From: Parachlamydiales bacterium
GTDB lineage: Bacteria > Chlamydiota > Chlamydiia > Chlamydiales > Rhabdochlamydiaceae
Reading direction: 5' to 3'
Assembly (NCBI GenBank): GCA_003153295.1
Contig: PLXY01000006.1
Coordinates: forward strand, 219,829 to 283,828
Length of the DNA: 64,000 nt
The notes beneath the pieces were generated by a model. The model was not told the DNA's origin, did not search any database, and was given only the letters and a program-made list of their open reading frames with translations. Shown piece after piece: positions 49,247-61,828 of this stretch. The translations under genes were made by a program, and so were the position numbers. Each line of letters opens with the position of its first letter. The stretch's first letter is position 1.

Positions 49247-50431
49247 ATGGCTAAGGAAACATTTCAAAGAACGAAGCCACACGTCAATATCGGTACGATT
49301 GGTCACGTCGATCATGGTAAAACATCGCTAACCGCTGCTATTACAAAAGTTTTAGCAGAAAAAGGAAAAGCAAAATACCGCGACTACGCTTCAATTGATA
49401 ATACACCGGAAGAAAAAGCGCGTGGTATTACAATTAACGCAACACACGTTGAATACGAAACAGATAAACGTCACTATGCTCACGTCGACTGCCCTGGTCA
49501 CGCTGACTACGTTAAAAACATGATCACCGGTGCTGCTCAGATGGACGGAGCTATTCTCGTCGTCGCAGCGACCGATGGTGCTATGCCTCAAACAAAAGAG
49601 CACATCTTGCTCGCTCACCAAGTCGGTGTTCCTGCGATTGTCGTGTTCCTCAATAAGATGGACATGATTGGCAAAGGCGACGAAGAATTGGTCGACCTCG
49701 TTGAGATGGAATTGATTGAGCTCCTCGAATCTAAAGGATACAAAGACGTTCCTATCATTCGCGGTTCTGCTCTCAAGGCCCTTGAAGGCGATGCTGAGTA
49801 CGTCAAAGCTATTCACAAACTGATGGACGCTGTGGATGAAAAAATCCCAACTCCACAACGTGAAACTGATAAACCGTTCCTCATGCCGATTGAAGACGTG
49901 TTCTCCATTTCCGGTCGTGGAACTGTTGCAACAGGACGTATTGAGCGCGGTATTGTAAAAGTTAACGACAAACTCCAACTCGTCGGTCTGCGTGATACAC
50001 GTGAAACCGTTGTGACTGGAATTGAAATGTTCAACAAGCTCCTCGACGAAGGTCGTGCTGGCGAAAACGTCGGTATTCTTCTCCGTGGTCTTGAGAAAAA
50101 CGATATCGAGCGTGGAATGGTCCTTTCTGCTCCTAATACTTGCAAGCCTCACAAGAAATTCAAAGGCGCTGTTTACGTTCTTACAAAAGAAGAAGGCGGA
50201 CGTCATAAGCCGTTCTTCAGTAAATACCGTCCTCAGTTCTACTTCCGTACAACGGACGTAACTGGTGAAGTGACGCTTCCTGAAGGAACAGAGATGGTGA
50301 TGCCAGGCGATAACATTGAAATCTCTGCTGAGCTCATCGTTCCAATTGCAATGGAAGAAGGAATGCGTTTTGCGATCCGTGAAGGCGGACGTACAATTGG
50401 TGCGGGAACAATCAGTAAGATTCTCGACTAA
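49247..50431 (+). CDS. tuf: elongation factor Tu
   Basis: [23 protein letters not shown] motifs. 394 aa. Confidence 0.98.
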   Translation: MAKETFQRTKPHVNIGTIGHVDHGKTSLTAAITKVLAEKGKAKYRDYASIDNTPEEKARGITINATHVEYETDKRHYAHVDCPGHADYVKNMITGAAQMDGAILVVAATDGAMPQTKEHILLAHQVGVPAIVVFLNKMDMIGKGDEELVDLVEMELIELLESKGYKDVPIIRGSALKALEGDAEYVKAIHKLMDAVDEKIPTPQRETDKPFLMPIEDVFSISGRGTVATGRIERGIVKVNDKLQLVGLRDTRETVVTGIEMFNKLLDEGRAGENVGILLRGLEKNDIERGMVLSAPNTCKPHKKFKGAVYVLTKEEGGRHKPFFSKYRPQFYFRTTDVTGEVTLPEGTEMVMPGDNIEISAELIVPIAMEEGMRFAIREGGRTIGAGTISKILD

Positions 50432-50489
50432 GAAAGATTTGGGAGAGAGCTGCTTGCAGCTCTCTCGGGGTTTAATAGACCCCTTCGGA

Positions 50490-50562
50490 GGGTGTGTAGC
50501 TCAGCTGGTAGAGCAGCGATCTCCAAAGTCGCGGGCCGGGGGTTCGAGTCCCTCCGCACTCG
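50490..50562 (+). tRNA. tRNA-Trp (CCA)
   Basis: GGGTGTGTAGCTCAGCTGGTAGAGCAGCGATCTCCAAAGTCGCGGGCCGGGGGTTCGAGTCCCTCCGCACTCG, with anticodon loop CTCCAAA. It occupies the canonical position before secE-nusG. Confidence 0.9.
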
Positions 50563-50600
50563 ATAATTAAAAAGATCTGGGATCAGATCGAAGAAAGGTT

Positions 50601-50858
50601 GTGATGGGAGTACAGGTGGAGCCATTGTCGTCTCGGACAGAAACTAAGCCGTCCCGAGCTTCAAAGACAAGTTACATCAGCGAGCTCAAAGAAGAGCTCA
50701 AGAAAGTAACTTGGACGAGCAAAGATGAACTTATCCTGTTCACTAAGATCGTCGTGGGGGCTACCTTTGCCCTGGGCTTAGGAATTTACGGCGTCGACCT
50801 CTTGATTAAAGGGGTTTTAAATGGTTTTGGAGCTCTTGTCCACCTCATTTTTGGGTAA
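50601..50858 (+). CDS. secE: preprotein translocase subunit SecE
   Basis: ELKKVTWTSKDELILFTKIVVGATFALGLGIYGVDLLI is a single-TM SecE signature. The start is GTG at 50601 or ATG at 50604. Confidence 0.85.
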   Translation: MMGVQVEPLSSRTETKPSRASKTSYISELKEELKKVTWTSKDELILFTKIVVGATFALGLGIYGVDLLIKGVLNGFGALVHLIFG

Positions 50859-50864
50859 AAAAAC

Positions 50865-51410
50865 ATGCATAAGTGGTACGTAGTACAGTGTATTTCGAGT
50901 CAGGAAAAGAGAGTTAAGAAAGCTCTCGAAGAGAATCGCGAATCCAAAGGGATGGCCGAGCTCATTTCTGAAGTTTTAGTTCCCACGGAGAATGTCGCGG
51001 AAGTGAAACGCGGACAGCAGCGTGTGAGCGAAAAGAGAATGTGGCCAGGCTACATCTTAGTGAAGATGGAGCTGACCGATGACGCTTGGATGTTTGTTAA
51101 AAACACCAATGGCGTGATCGATTTTCTCGGCGGCGAAAAACCGCTTCCTCTGCCGCAGCATGAGATCGATACGATCCTTTCTGACATTGAAACGAAGAAA
51201 CAAGGTGTGGTCCACAAACACAATATCCAAAGCGGCGACAAAGTCAAAATCAACGATGGTGTGTTTGTTAACTTTATCGGAACTGTACAAGAAGTCTTCC
51301 ACGAGAAAGGACGCCTGAGCGTTTTAGTCTCTATTTTCGGGCGAGAGACCCGTGTGGACGACCTAGAGTTCTGGCAAGTGGAACTCGTCACTCAAGAAGC
51401 TGAAACATAA
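50865..51410 (+). CDS. nusG: transcription termination/antitermination factor NusG
   Basis: The NGN domain begins WYVVQCISSQEKRVKKAL. The KOW motif is GDKVKINDGVFVNFIGTVQEV. Confidence 0.95.
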   Translation: MHKWYVVQCISSQEKRVKKALEENRESKGMAELISEVLVPTENVAEVKRGQQRVSEKRMWPGYILVKMELTDDAWMFVKNTNGVIDFLGGEKPLPLPQHEIDTILSDIETKKQGVVHKHNIQSGDKVKINDGVFVNFIGTVQEVFHEKGRLSVLVSIFGRETRVDDLEFWQVELVTQEAET

Positions 51411-51421
51411 AAGAGTAAACT

Positions 51422-51850
51422 ATGGCAAAAAAACTTGTAAAAACAATTAAGTTGCAAATTCCTGCAGGGAAAGCTAATCCTGCGCCGCCGATCGGTCCTG
51501 CCCTCGGTGCCGCCCAGGTTAATATCATGGCTTTCTGCAAAGAATTCAACGCGAAGACTCAGAACCAAGCAGGGGATATACTTCCTGTTGTGATTTCTGT
51601 TTTTTCTGACAAATCGTTCACGTTCATCACAAAGAACCCTCCTGTTTCCCGCATGATCTTAAAAGAAGTGGGAATCGAGTCGGGATCTAAAGTGCCGAAC
51701 CGCGACAAAGTCGGAAAAATGACAAAGACCCAAGTCAAGAAGATCGCTACTCAGAAGAGGGCCGACATGCGCGTGAACTCTGATGAAGCCGCGATGCGAC
51801 TTGTCGAAGGAACTGCCCGTTCTATGGGTGTGGATATTATAGAAGGATAA
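51422..51850 (+). CDS. rplK: 50S ribosomal protein L11
   Basis: [35 protein letters not shown]. Confidence 0.97.
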   Translation: MAKKLVKTIKLQIPAGKANPAPPIGPALGAAQVNIMAFCKEFNAKTQNQAGDILPVVISVFSDKSFTFITKNPPVSRMILKEVGIESGSKVPNRDKVGKMTKTQVKKIATQKRADMRVNSDEAAMRLVEGTARSMGVDIIEG

Positions 51851-51889
51851 ACTAGCTTGCATACAGCAAGCTAAGTGTGAAGGATAAAT

Positions 51890-52585
51890 ATGAAAAGTAA
51901 ACGCTTTCGGGAGATAGCTAAATCCGTCGATACACAAAAAGTGTATAAAATCGAAGAAGCTATCGCTATTTTGCAAAAATGTCCGCCGGTCAAGTTTGAC
52001 CAATCGGTGGACGTGGCGCTGAAGACTGGCATCGATCTCCAGAAATCAGACCAGCAAGTGCGCGGCGTTGTCTCATTACCGAATGGGACAGGCAAAAAGT
52101 CAGTGATTGTCGTTTTCGCCAAAGGCGACAAAGTAAAAGAAGCCCTCGAGGCTGGAGCTGACTTTGCTGGAACTGAAGAACTCCTTGAGAAAATCAAAGG
52201 GGGCTGGACAGATTTTGATGCCGTCATCTCTACGCCTGAAATGATGCGTGATGTCGGTAAACTCGGTAAAGTTTTGGGACCTAGAGGCCTGATGCCTACT
52301 CCTAAAGCTGGAACTGTCACCAACGATATCGCGACTGCCGTCCGTGAAATTAAAGCGGGCCGAATTGAATTCAAGAACGACAAGCACGGAGTCGTCAGCA
52401 ACGCTGTTGGAAAGCTCTCTTTTTCTAAAGATAAACTCGCAGAAAATATTAGAACTTTCATCGCCGCGGTTAGCAAAGCTAAACCCGCAGGAACAAAAGG
52501 ACATTATATGGTTTCTTTGTCCCTTTCTTCGACCATGGGTCCCGGCTTGAAAGTCGACATGAGCGGAATGACGGTGGAGGCGTAA
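51890..52585 (+). CDS. rplA: 50S ribosomal protein L1
   Basis: [34 protein letters not shown] ... [16 protein letters not shown]. Confidence 0.97.
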   Translation: MKSKRFREIAKSVDTQKVYKIEEAIAILQKCPPVKFDQSVDVALKTGIDLQKSDQQVRGVVSLPNGTGKKSVIVVFAKGDKVKEALEAGADFAGTEELLEKIKGGWTDFDAVISTPEMMRDVGKLGKVLGPRGLMPTPKAGTVTNDIATAVREIKAGRIEFKNDKHGVVSNAVGKLSFSKDKLAENIRTFIAAVSKAKPAGTKGHYMVSLSLSSTMGPGLKVDMSGMTVEA

Positions 52586-52589
52586 ATAT

Positions 52590-53099
52590 ATGAGACCGGA
52601 AAAACAACTCCTGCTCGATGACATTAAAGGAAAGATCAATCATGCGAAAGGGTTTCTACTTACCCGCTATAGCAAGATGGATCCAAACCTGGCCTCCCAA
52701 TTTCGTACAGCCTTGCACCAGACAGGCGGCGATTTTGAGGTCATCCGTAAAAGGATTCTATTAAAAGCTGCAGAAGCAGCTGGATGCACAATTGACCGCA
52801 CGCTGTTGGATGGTCATATCGGCGTAATTTTCGCCGATGACGACTTATTCCAAACTACAAAAGCCGTCTTCAAATTCAAAACTGAAAATGAAGAGGTTTT
52901 AGACATCATCGGTGGCCGCTTTGAAGGCAAACTCTATTCTGCTAAAGATATGGAAGCCATTTCAAAACTGCCGTCCAAGCCAGAAATGCAAGCACAGTTC
53001 CTAGGACTCCTAGAAGCTGTACCTTCGCAACTGCTTGCAGTCATCGATGCTCTTCTGACCAGCGTCGGATTCTGTTTAGATAACAAAAGTAAAACATAA
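52590..53099 (+). CDS. rplJ: 50S ribosomal protein L10
   Basis: The position between rplA and rplL, its size, and FEVIRKRILLKAAE-type L10 features. Confidence 0.9.
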   Translation: MRPEKQLLLDDIKGKINHAKGFLLTRYSKMDPNLASQFRTALHQTGGDFEVIRKRILLKAAEAAGCTIDRTLLDGHIGVIFADDDLFQTTKAVFKFKTENEEVLDIIGGRFEGKLYSAKDMEAISKLPSKPEMQAQFLGLLEAVPSQLLAVIDALLTSVGFCLDNKSKT

Positions 53100-53111
53100 A
53101 GAGGTATTATC

Positions 53112-53501
53112 GTGAGTAAATCATTAGAACAAATCGTTGACGACTTAAGCGCCCTCAGCGTTCTTGACATGTCAAAGTTGAAAACTTTACTGGAAGACAA
53201 ATGGGGTGTTAAAGCCGCTGCTGCAGCTCCTGCCATGATGGCTGCTGCTCCATCTGCTGCCGCTCCAGCTGCTGCTGAAGCAACAGAATTCGAAGTTACT
53301 TTAGGGAAAGGTCCTGACGACAAGAAAATCGGCGTTATTAAAGCTGTCCGAGAAATCACAGGACTTGGATTGAAAGAAGCGAAAGACATCGTGGACGGAG
53401 CTCCTAAAGTCTTGAAGCCTTCTTGCAGTAAAACCGAAGCTGATGAGATCGCTAAAAAGATCACAGCAGCTGGCGGCCAAGTGACTGTTAAAGGTCTCTA
53501 A
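53112..53501 (+). CDS. rplL: 50S ribosomal protein L7/L12
   Basis: An Ala-rich hinge ([22 protein letters not shown]) and the C-terminal domain [29 protein letters not shown] start. Confidence 0.95.
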   Translation: MSKSLEQIVDDLSALSVLDMSKLKTLLEDKWGVKAAAAAPAMMAAAPSAAAPAAAEATEFEVTLGKGPDDKKIGVIKAVREITGLGLKEAKDIVDGAPKVLKPSCSKTEADEIAKKITAAGGQVTVKGL

Positions 53502-53524
53502 GGTTAAAAAGCCTGTTTTGATGA

Positions 53525-53565
53525 AGCAGAAGCTCGTTTTTGAGGGCTTCTGCTCTTTCTATTTA
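53525..53565 (+). terminator. rplL-rpoB intergenic attenuator hairpin
   Basis: AGCAGAAGC-N12-GCTTCTGCT followed by CTTTCTATTT. It is analogous to the partial terminator between rplL and rpoB in other bacteria. Confidence 0.5.
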
Positions 53566-53638
53566 GCCTTTGGTGTAGCCCTTAAGTAAAGACATTAGAT
53601 TAATGATTTTACTTAACGATTACAAGGAGCTATAGGCG

Positions 53639-56600
53639 ATGCTCAAACAAGCACCGGAACGGGTCAGTTTTCGAGAGAAGGAAGAGATCATAGATCTTCC
53701 GAACCTCATTGAAATTCAATTGAAGTCCTACCGTGAGTTTTTGCAAGTGGATGTTTTGCCCCATGAGCGGCAAAACGCAGGACTGCAAGAGGTTTTCAGC
53801 GAGATATTTCCTATTAAATCATACGACGATAAAGTTATTCTTGAATATCTCTCCTATAACCTAGGAGTTCCTAAGTATACCCCTGAAGAATGCATCCGCC
53901 GTGGAATTACCTATAACGTCACCCTCAAAGTGAAGTTCCGCCTAACGGACGAAACAGGGATTAAAGAAGAAGAAGTCTACATGGGAACCATCCCTGTGAT
54001 GACGGAGAAAGGGACGTTTGTTGTTAACGGCGCCGAGCGCGTGATCGTTTCTCAGCTCCACCGTTCACCTGGTATCTCCTTTGAGCAAGAGCGGCACCCT
54101 AAAGGGATCGTTCTTTACTCGTTCCGCATTATTCCTTATCGCGGAAGCTGGCTAGAAGCTTCTTTTGATACGAGCGACATGATTTATATCTATGTCGACC
54201 GGAAAAAACGACGTCGCAAAATTCTCGCGACTTCCTTCATCCGGACCTTGGGCTATTCCACCGATGCCGACATCCTTGAAGAGTTCTTCTCGACGCTCCG
54301 CGTCAAGATCAAGTCTGAAAAAGATTTCACTAAGCTCGTTGGAAAAATCTTAGCGGAAGATGTCGTCGATGCAGACAATGGCGTGATCTTTGGAAAAGCA
54401 GCTGAAAAACTCACGACCGCTATGCTTAAGCGCATGGTCGATGCGGGAGTTTCAGCGATCAAGATTGCTGAAGATGCCGACGAAACATCGCCGATCATTA
54501 AAATGCTCGCGAAAGATCCGTCTGATTCTTACGAATCGGCCTTGAAAGACTTCTACCGTAAAATCCGTCCCGGCGAACCCGCAACGCTCTCTAATGCCCG
54601 TTCGACGATGATGCGCCTTTTCTTCGATCCGAAACGTTACAACCTCGGAAGAGTCGGCCGTTATAAATTGAACCGTAAACTCTCTTTCTCGATCGCTGAC
54701 GATGTTTTAAACAACGTCACGCTCCGCAAAGAAGACGTCATCGGTGCGTTGAAATACCTCATTAAGCTCAAGCGGGGAGAAAGCGATGCTGCTGTCGATG
54801 ATATCGATCATCTAGGCAATAGACGCGTCCGCTCTGTCGGCGAACTCGTGCAAAACCAGTGTCGCATCGGCCTGGCCCGCATGGAAAAAATCATCAAAGA
54901 AAGAATCAACTTATTTGACTTCTCTGCTGATACGCTGACTCCGGGTAAAGTTATTTCTGCGAAAGGTCTTGCAGGAGTCTTAAAAGACTTCTTCGGCCGT
55001 TCACAGCTGTCTCAGTTCATGGATCAAACGAACCCTGTCGCAGAGTTGACTCACAAACGACGTCTCTCTTCTCTCGGGCCTGGCGGATTAAACCGCGAAC
55101 GCGCTGGATTTGAAGTCCGTGACGTTCATCCAAGCCACTATGGCCGTATCTGTCCGATTGAAACTCCTGAAGGTCCGAACATCGGTTTGATCACATCACT
55201 AGCTACCTTTGCTAAGATCAACGAGCTCGGCTTTATTGAAACACCTTACCGTATCGTACGGGACGGCGTTGTCACAGACGAGATCGAGTACATGACAGCC
55301 GACCAAGAAGAAACATGCGTCATTGCGCAGGCGTCTGCTCCTCTAGATGAGTTCAACATGTTCGTTGAGCCTACATGCTGGGCGCGTCATAAAGGTGAAT
55401 CTGACAAAATTGAGACTAGCAAGATCACCCACATGGACGTTTCGTCCAAGCAGCTCGTTTCCATCGTCACGGGACTCATTCCGTTCTTAGAGCACGATGA
55501 TGCGAACCGCGCTTTGATGGGATCGAACATGCAACGCCAAGGCGTGCCGCTCCTCCGTACCGAAGCTCCGATTGTCGGAACCGGTTTAGAAAGACGGACT
55601 GCGAAAGACTCCGGCGCTGTTGTGATTGCTGAAGAAGACGGCACTGTCGAAAACGTCGATGGATTTAAAATCGTCGTTGCCGCCAAGTCGAATCCTCTCA
55701 ATAAAAAGACCTATACTCTGAAGAAGTTCATGCGCTCGAACGCAGGTACATGCCTTAACCAAACTCCGATGTGCAACGTCGGCGACAAAGTTAAAGCAGG
55801 CGATATCATTGCGGACGGCTCTTCGACCGACAAAGGCGAAGTGGCGCTGGGTAAAAACGTGCTCGTCGCGTTCATGCCTTGGTGCGGCTACAACTACGAA
55901 GATGCGATCATCATCTCTGAAAAACTCCTCCGGGAAGACACCTATACGTCGATCTATCTCGAAGAGTTTGAATTGACAGCCCGCGACACAAAGTTGGGTA
56001 AAGAAGAGATCACTCGCGATATTCCTAACGTCTCGGAAGAAGCTCTAGCTAACCTCGGCGAAGATGGCATTATCCGCATCGGCGCAGAAGTGAAGCCGGG
56101 CGATATCCTGGTGGGTAAAATCACACCTAAATCTGAAACTGAACTTGCTCCGGAAGAAAGACTTCTCCGCGCGATCTTCGGTGAAAAAGCTGCAGACGTG
56201 AAAGACGCCTCTTTAACAGCGCCTCCGGGAACCGAAGGTGTTGTGATGGATGTTAAAGTCTTCAGCCGCCGCGACCGTCTCTCTAAAACAGATGACGAGC
56301 TCGTAGAAGAAGCAAGCCGTATTAAAGATATCCACCAAGAATACAAGAATAAAGAAGGCGAGCTCGTGATGGAGCTCCATGAAAAACTCGGCGCTCTTCT
56401 CCTAGGAGAAAAGGCACCCGGACCCATCATGCACCGTAAGTCGGGCGATATTCTCATCAAAGAAGCGGACACGATCACGCAAGATATGCTCGAGAACCTC
56501 GAATCGGAAAAAGCGGAAGACCTCCTCCTTTCCGACCATGAAGTCTATGCGACACTCAAGCAGATTCTCCGTGAATACGACCTCGCGATGGAGACGCTCC

Positions 56601-57403
56601 AAACACAGTACAAAACTGAAATTGAGCACATGAAGAAAGGGGACACTGAACTCGATCCCGGTGTTATCCGCCAAGTCAAAGTCTATGTTGCCACTAAGCG
56701 TAAACTGCAAGTGGGCGATAAGATGGCAGGCCGCCACGGTAACAAGGGCGTCGTTTCTAAAATCGTTCCTGAAGGCGACATGCCGTACCTCAACGACGGT
56801 ACTGCAATTGAAATCATCTTAAACCCTCTCGGCGTACCATCCCGTATGAACATGGGACAGCTCCTCGAGACGCACCTCGGCTATGCTGCTAGAAAAGCAG
56901 GCATTTATGTTAAAACGCCGGTGTTCGAAGGGTTTCCTGAGTCTCGTATTTGGGAGATGATGAAGGACGTCGGCCTTCCAGAAGATGGAAAGAGCTGGCT
57001 CTATGACGGACGCAGCGGAGAGCGTTTCGACAACCGCGTTGTCGTCGGCTACATCTACATGCTCAAATTGAGCCACTTGGTGGCAGATAAGATCCACGCC
57101 CGTGCGATCGGACCTTACTCACTTGTGACCCAGCAGCCTCTCGGCGGTAAGGCACAGATGGGCGGTCAGCGCTTCGGGGAGATGGAAGTATGGGCGCTCG
57201 AAGCTTATGGAGCTGCCCACCTCCTCCAAGAGATGCTCACTGTTAAATCAGACGATGTCACAGGACGTACCCGTATCTACGAATCGATTGTTAAAGGGGA
57301 TAACGTTCTGACAGCAGGCACACCGGAATCGTTCAACGTGCTTGTTAAAGAAATGCAAGGTCTTTGCCTAGATGTGCGCACTGAACGCGCAACTCAAGAA
57401 TAA
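53639..57403 (+). CDS. rpoB: DNA-directed RNA polymerase subunit beta
   Basis: 1254 aa. The N-terminus resembles chlamydial RpoB. Conserved [24 protein letters not shown] and [11 protein letters not shown]. Confidence 0.98.
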   Translation: MLKQAPERVSFREKEEIIDLPNLIEIQLKSYREFLQVDVLPHERQNAGLQEVFSEIFPIKSYDDKVILEYLSYNLGVPKYTPEECIRRGITYNVTLKVKFRLTDETGIKEEEVYMGTIPVMTEKGTFVVNGAERVIVSQLHRSPGISFEQERHPKGIVLYSFRIIPYRGSWLEASFDTSDMIYIYVDRKKRRRKILATSFIRTLGYSTDADILEEFFSTLRVKIKSEKDFTKLVGKILAEDVVDADNGVIFGKAAEKLTTAMLKRMVDAGVSAIKIAEDADETSPIIKMLAKDPSDSYESALKDFYRKIRPGEPATLSNARSTMMRLFFDPKRYNLGRVGRYKLNRKLSFSIADDVLNNVTLRKEDVIGALKYLIKLKRGESDAAVDDIDHLGNRRVRSVGELVQNQCRIGLARMEKIIKERINLFDFSADTLTPGKVISAKGLAGVLKDFFGRSQLSQFMDQTNPVAELTHKRRLSSLGPGGLNRERAGFEVRDVHPSHYGRICPIETPEGPNIGLITSLATFAKINELGFIETPYRIVRDGVVTDEIEYMTADQEETCVIAQASAPLDEFNMFVEPTCWARHKGESDKIETSKITHMDVSSKQLVSIVTGLIPFLEHDDANRALMGSNMQRQGVPLLRTEAPIVGTGLERRTAKDSGAVVIAEEDGTVENVDGFKIVVAAKSNPLNKKTYTLKKFMRSNAGTCLNQTPMCNVGDKVKAGDIIADGSSTDKGEVALGKNVLVAFMPWCGYNYEDAIIISEKLLREDTYTSIYLEEFELTARDTKLGKEEITRDIPNVSEEALANLGEDGIIRIGAEVKPGDILVGKITPKSETELAPEERLLRAIFGEKAADVKDASLTAPPGTEGVVMDVKVFSRRDRLSKTDDELVEEASRIKDIHQEYKNKEGELVMELHEKLGALLLGEKAPGPIMHRKSGDILIKEADTITQDMLENLESEKAEDLLLSDHEVYATLKQILREYDLAMETLQTQYKTEIEHMKKGDTELDPGVIRQVKVYVATKRKLQVGDKMAGRHGNKGVVSKIVPEGDMPYLNDGTAIEIILNPLGVPSRMNMGQLLETHLGYAARKAGIYVKTPVFEGFPESRIWEMMKDVGLPEDGKSWLYDGRSGERFDNRVVVGYIYMLKLSHLVADKIHARAIGPYSLVTQQPLGGKAQMGGQRFGEMEVWALEAYGAAHLLQEMLTVKSDDVTGRTRIYESIVKGDNVLTAGTPESFNVLVKEMQGLCLDVRTERATQE

Positions 57404-57415
57404 GGGAGAAAAGGA

Positions 57416-60400
57416 ATGGAAGGTTTTCAAGAATCGCAATTTGATAAACTGACGATCAAAATTGCCTCGGAAGATGTCATCCGCAACGAATGGTCGCGCG
57501 GCGAGATCAAAAAACCCGAGACGATCAACTATCGTACCTTTAAACCCGAAAAAGGAGGTCTTTTCTGTGAAAAGATCTTCGGACCGACCCGCGATTGGGA
57601 ATGCGCCTGCGGTAAATACAAGAAGATCAAGCACAAAGGGATCGTCTGCGACCGCTGCGGAGTTGAAGTCACTCTCTCCAAAGTCCGCCGCGAAAGAATG
57701 GCCCACATCGACCTGGCCGTTCCTGTCGTCCATATTTGGTTCTTTAAAACGATGCCTTCGCGCATTGGTAATATCCTCGGCATGTCGACCAACGACCTCG
57801 AACGGGTGATCTATTATGAAGATTTTGTCGTTATCGATTCCGGCCGCACAACCCTCGAAAAAAAACAACTGCTCAGCGACTCCGAGTTCCGCGAAGCCCA
57901 AGAGAAATGGGGCCCTGATAGCTTTCTTGCCCGCATGGGCGGCGACGCCATCCGCGAGCTTCTTGAAAAAGAAGACCTCCAAGCCCTCGTTCTCGACCTG
58001 AAGGACAAGCTCCGCAAGACCAAGTCGCAACAAGCGCGGATGAAGCTCGCTAAACGTCTGAAGATCATCGAAGGTTTTGTCTCGTCTCCGAACAAAGCCG
58101 ACTGGATGGTCATGTCGTGCGTTCCTGTCATCCCGCCCGAACTCCGACCGCTTGTTCCTTTAGATGGTGGCCGCTTCGCGACTTCCGACTTGAACGACCT
58201 CTACCGACGTGTGATCAACCGTAATAACCGTCTCAAAGCGATCTTAAAGCTCAAGACTCCTGATGTCATCATCCGGAACGAAAAGCGGATGTTACAAGAA
58301 GCTGTCGATGCTCTCTTTGACAACGGCCGCCACGGCCATCCTGTCATGGGCGCCGGCAACCGTCCTCTAAAGTCGCTTTCTGAGATGTTGAAAGGAAAAC
58401 AAGGCCGCTTCCGTCAAAACCTTCTCGGTAAACGGGTTGACTATTCTGGCCGTTCGGTGATCGTCGTTGGTCCTGAGCTCCGTTTCAATCAGTGCGGTCT
58501 CCCTAAACAGATGGCCCTCGAGCTTTTTGAGCCTTTCATTGTTAAACGGCTTAAAGACCTCGGTTACGTCTATACGATCCGCTCTGCGAAGAAAATGATC
58601 CAGCGGCAAGCGCCTGAAGTGTGGGATGTTCTCGATGAGATCATCAAAGGCCACCCGGTCCTGCTGAACCGCGCTCCGACTCTTCACAGACTCGGTATCC
58701 AAGCATTTGAGCCGACCCTTATTGAAGGTAAAGCGATCCGGATCCATCCGCTCGTCTGTACCGCCTTCAACGCCGACTTTGACGGTGACCAAATGGCCGT
58801 CCACGTCCCGCTTTCAGTCGAAGCTCAGATCGAAGCTAAAACCCTCATGATGGCGCCGGATAATATCTTCCTGCCCTCTTCAGGAAAACCGGTGACTGTA
58901 CCTTCTCAAGATATGATCTTGGGACTGTATTACGTCATGCACGACCCTCTCTATAATCCGGAAGATCACGGCAAGAAGATGAAAATCTTCGGCAATAAAG
59001 AAGAGGTCTTGATGGCTCTTTATGCCGGCGGAAGCTTCAACTGGTTCGAACACTCTCATAATAAAGAATCTACCAGCGGACGGCGCGATGAGCTCGGACG
59101 GGGGATTCATATCCATGAGAAGATCAAACTCAGGCTCGATAGCGGTATCATTGAAACGACACCCGGCCGTGTTGTCTTCAACACGATCGTGCCTAAAGAG
59201 CTCGGTTTCCAAAACTATTCTCTCCGTAAGAAAAAACTCTCGGAACTCATCCTGGAGACCTATAAACGGGTCGGCCTAGAAGCAACCGTGAAGTTCCTCG
59301 ACAACTTGAAAAACCTCGGATTTGCCGAAGCGACGAAAGCCGCTCTCTCCATGGGCGTTAAAGACGTTCGTATTCCTGCAAATAAAGCCAAGGTTCTCGA
59401 ACAAGCCTACGTTCGTATCGAAGTCGTCCGCAAGCAGTACGAAGATGGTATCATCACCGACGGCGAGCGTAAGTCTAAGATCATTAGCATCTGGACTGAA
59501 GTGACAGATTCGCTTTCGGAAGAGCTCTTTAAACTGATCAGCCATCCGGAAGACCATGTGCTCAATCCTCTCTTCTTGATGATGGATTCAGGAGCTCGCG
59601 GTAACAAATCTCAGGTTAAACAGTTAGGAGCCCTCCGCGGTCTGATGGCGAAGCCCTCCGGCGAGATTATCGAATCTCCTATTACTGCCAACTTCCGTGA
59701 AGGATTGTCGGTTCTAGAGTACTTCATCTCGTCTCACGGTGCCCGTAAAGGTCTTGCCGATACAGCCCTTAAAACTGCCGACTCCGGTTATTTAACACGC
59801 CGGCTTGTCGACGTTTCTCAAGACGTGATTGTCTCTGAGCAAGATTGCGGTACTCTCAATGGCATTGAAGTCAGTGCGATCAAACAAGGCCAGGAAGAAC
59901 TCTTGCCCTTACGTGATCGTATCTTTGGCCGTGCCACTTGCGACGATCTATATCTCCCTGGCGACCAGACAAAACTCCTCGCGAAATCGGGAGATTTCAT
60001 TACCATTAAACAAGCGGAAGCTATCGACGATGCCGGTATCGACACCGTCAAGATCCGTTCACCGCTGACCTGCGAATCGAGACGCGGCATTTGCGTTAAA
60101 TGCTACGGTATCAACCTCGCCAACGGCACTTTAGTCGGCCTCGGCGAAGCCGTCGGTATTATCGCTGCTCAGTCGATCGGGGAACCTGGAACTCAGCTCA
60201 CGATGAGAACGTTCCACTTGGGCGGTATTGCGTCTGCTGCGCTCAGCCCTGAACTCGTATCGGAAGTCGAAGGTATCCTCGTTTACGAGAATATCCGTAC
60301 TGTCCAAAACGAAGAAGGCGTGTGGATTGCCCTCAATAAAAACGGTCTCCTCCACATCCTTCGCGATGAAGGAAGATCGTTAGAAGAGTGCAAAAAACTC

Positions 60401-61582
60401 CTCGCGACCAAATCGATCGAGCCTCTCCAAACTTTCAACATCGAACTGGGAACTCATATCCTCCTGGCCGACGGATCGAAAGTCAAGAAACGGACTAAGA
60501 TCGCCGTTTGGGAACAGCATAATATCCCGATCATTTGCGAAAGACCCGGCTACGTTAAATATGAAGACCTCGTGGAAGGGATTTCTACCCAGCGCGAAGT
60601 CAACAAACAGACAGGCCAGACCGAGTTGATCGTGAAACAGCATCGTGGAGAACTCCATCCGCAGATCATGATCTACTCCGATAAAGACTTTGAAGAGCTG
60701 ATTGGTACCTACGCCATCCCTTCTGGAGCCTTTATTTCGGTCCAAGAGAAACAATACGTGGCAGCTGGAACGCTTCTGGCTCGTCTTCCTCGCGGCGCGA
60801 TCAAGACGAAGGACATCACTGGCGGTCTTCCTCGCGTGGCCGAGCTTTTCGAAGCTCGCCGTCCGAAAGATGCCGCTGAAATTGCGAAAATCGACGGTGT
60901 TGTCGACTTCCGCGGCGTTCAGAAGAACAAGCGTATCGTGGTTGTCCGCGACGATGAGTCCGGCATGGAAGAGGAACACCTCATCCCTCTGACAAAACAC
61001 TTAATCGTCCAAAAAGGCGACATGGTGATGAAAGGGCAGCAGTTGACCGACGGCCTCGTGGTTCCGCAAGAGATCCTCGAAGTCTGCGGCGTCCGCGAAC
61101 TGCAACGTTATCTCGTGAACCAAGTCCAAGAAGTCTACCGCTTACAAGGGGTGGACATCAATGACAAGCACATCGAGATTATCGTCCGTCAGATGCTCCA
61201 GAAAGTGCGTATCACCGATACCGGCGACACGACCTTCCTTTACGGAGAAGATATCGACCGCAAGCAATTCCATAACCAGAACCGCAAAGTTATCGATGAG
61301 GGCGGCAAGCCTGCTCAAGCGACACCTGTGCTCCTCGGGATCACCAAAGCGTCCTTGACGACCGATTCGTTCGTCTCAGCCGCTTCGTTCCAAGAGACCA
61401 CCCGCGTCTTGACAGATGCTGCTTCTGAAGGTAAGACCGACTACCTCCTCGACTTCAAGTCGAACTTAATCATGGGACACATGATCCCTGGCGGTACCGG
61501 CTTCCTCGAATTCAACAAGCGTATTAAGAAATACCTCGATGAAAGCGAAGAAGACGTCTTAGCTTTTGCCTTTGCAGACTGA
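57416..61582 (+). CDS. rpoC: DNA-directed RNA polymerase subunit beta'
   Basis: 1388 aa. Zn finger [20 protein letters not shown] and catalytic [12 protein letters not shown]. Confidence 0.98.
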   Translation: MEGFQESQFDKLTIKIASEDVIRNEWSRGEIKKPETINYRTFKPEKGGLFCEKIFGPTRDWECACGKYKKIKHKGIVCDRCGVEVTLSKVRRERMAHIDLAVPVVHIWFFKTMPSRIGNILGMSTNDLERVIYYEDFVVIDSGRTTLEKKQLLSDSEFREAQEKWGPDSFLARMGGDAIRELLEKEDLQALVLDLKDKLRKTKSQQARMKLAKRLKIIEGFVSSPNKADWMVMSCVPVIPPELRPLVPLDGGRFATSDLNDLYRRVINRNNRLKAILKLKTPDVIIRNEKRMLQEAVDALFDNGRHGHPVMGAGNRPLKSLSEMLKGKQGRFRQNLLGKRVDYSGRSVIVVGPELRFNQCGLPKQMALELFEPFIVKRLKDLGYVYTIRSAKKMIQRQAPEVWDVLDEIIKGHPVLLNRAPTLHRLGIQAFEPTLIEGKAIRIHPLVCTAFNADFDGDQMAVHVPLSVEAQIEAKTLMMAPDNIFLPSSGKPVTVPSQDMILGLYYVMHDPLYNPEDHGKKMKIFGNKEEVLMALYAGGSFNWFEHSHNKESTSGRRDELGRGIHIHEKIKLRLDSGIIETTPGRVVFNTIVPKELGFQNYSLRKKKLSELILETYKRVGLEATVKFLDNLKNLGFAEATKAALSMGVKDVRIPANKAKVLEQAYVRIEVVRKQYEDGIITDGERKSKIISIWTEVTDSLSEELFKLISHPEDHVLNPLFLMMDSGARGNKSQVKQLGALRGLMAKPSGEIIESPITANFREGLSVLEYFISSHGARKGLADTALKTADSGYLTRRLVDVSQDVIVSEQDCGTLNGIEVSAIKQGQEELLPLRDRIFGRATCDDLYLPGDQTKLLAKSGDFITIKQAEAIDDAGIDTVKIRSPLTCESRRGICVKCYGINLANGTLVGLGEAVGIIAAQSIGEPGTQLTMRTFHLGGIASAALSPELVSEVEGILVYENIRTVQNEEGVWIALNKNGLLHILRDEGRSLEECKKLLATKSIEPLQTFNIELGTHILLADGSKVKKRTKIAVWEQHNIPIICERPGYVKYEDLVEGISTQREVNKQTGQTELIVKQHRGELHPQIMIYSDKDFEELIGTYAIPSGAFISVQEKQYVAAGTLLARLPRGAIKTKDITGGLPRVAELFEARRPKDAAEIAKIDGVVDFRGVQKNKRIVVVRDDESGMEEEHLIPLTKHLIVQKGDMVMKGQQLTDGLVVPQEILEVCGVRELQRYLVNQVQEVYRLQGVDINDKHIEIIVRQMLQKVRITDTGDTTFLYGEDIDRKQFHNQNRKVIDEGGKPAQATPVLLGITKASLTTDSFVSAASFQETTRVLTDAASEGKTDYLLDFKSNLIMGHMIPGGTGFLEFNKRIKKYLDESEEDVLAFAFAD

Positions 61583-61605
61583 TTTTCTTAAAAGATGAAA
61601 ATAAA

Positions 61606-61638
61606 AGAGATGCTGGAGAAATCCAGCATCTCTTTTTT
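61606..61638 (+). terminator. rho-independent terminator of the rpoBC operon
   Basis: AGAGATGCTGGA-GAAA-TCCAGCATCTCT (12-bp perfect stem) followed by TTTTTT. Confidence 0.85.
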
Positions 61639-61828
61639 ATTTAGCTAAGGACTTCATTGGCTAATCTAGGAATTTTATTAACAACCTTACTATCAAGAAT
61701 TTAAGTGCATTAAAATAAGAAAAGTGAATTTACTGATCGCGTGATCGAATAAGAATTCTTCTCCGATATTATCGACTTCAGTCAGTTTCTAACGTAAAGT
61801 TAATGGATGGGGCTTTTGTTATCAGAGA

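Noticed and set aside
49391-50206. A 271-aa minus-strand ORF and several shorter ones antisense to tuf.
   Set aside because: EF-Tu on the plus strand is unambiguous. The antisense frames have no recognisable motifs.
50443-50466. The hairpin GAGAGAGCTGC..GCAGCTCTCTC after tuf, considered as a terminator.
   Set aside because: It is not followed by a T-run, and tRNA-Trp and secE lie immediately downstream. It is more likely a processing or stability structure, and I could not substantiate it further.
51871-53464. Long minus-strand ORFs (201, 179 and 176 aa) across rplA, rplJ and rplL.
   Set aside because: They are antisense to highly conserved ribosomal protein genes. Their Ser/Ala-rich low-complexity translations are typical of shadow ORFs.
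54253-61000. Multiple antisense or alternative-frame ORFs inside rpoB and rpoC (for example 57368-58033, 55954-56478, 60380-61000).
   Set aside because: They lie within two essential, fully collinear polymerase genes and have no independent support.
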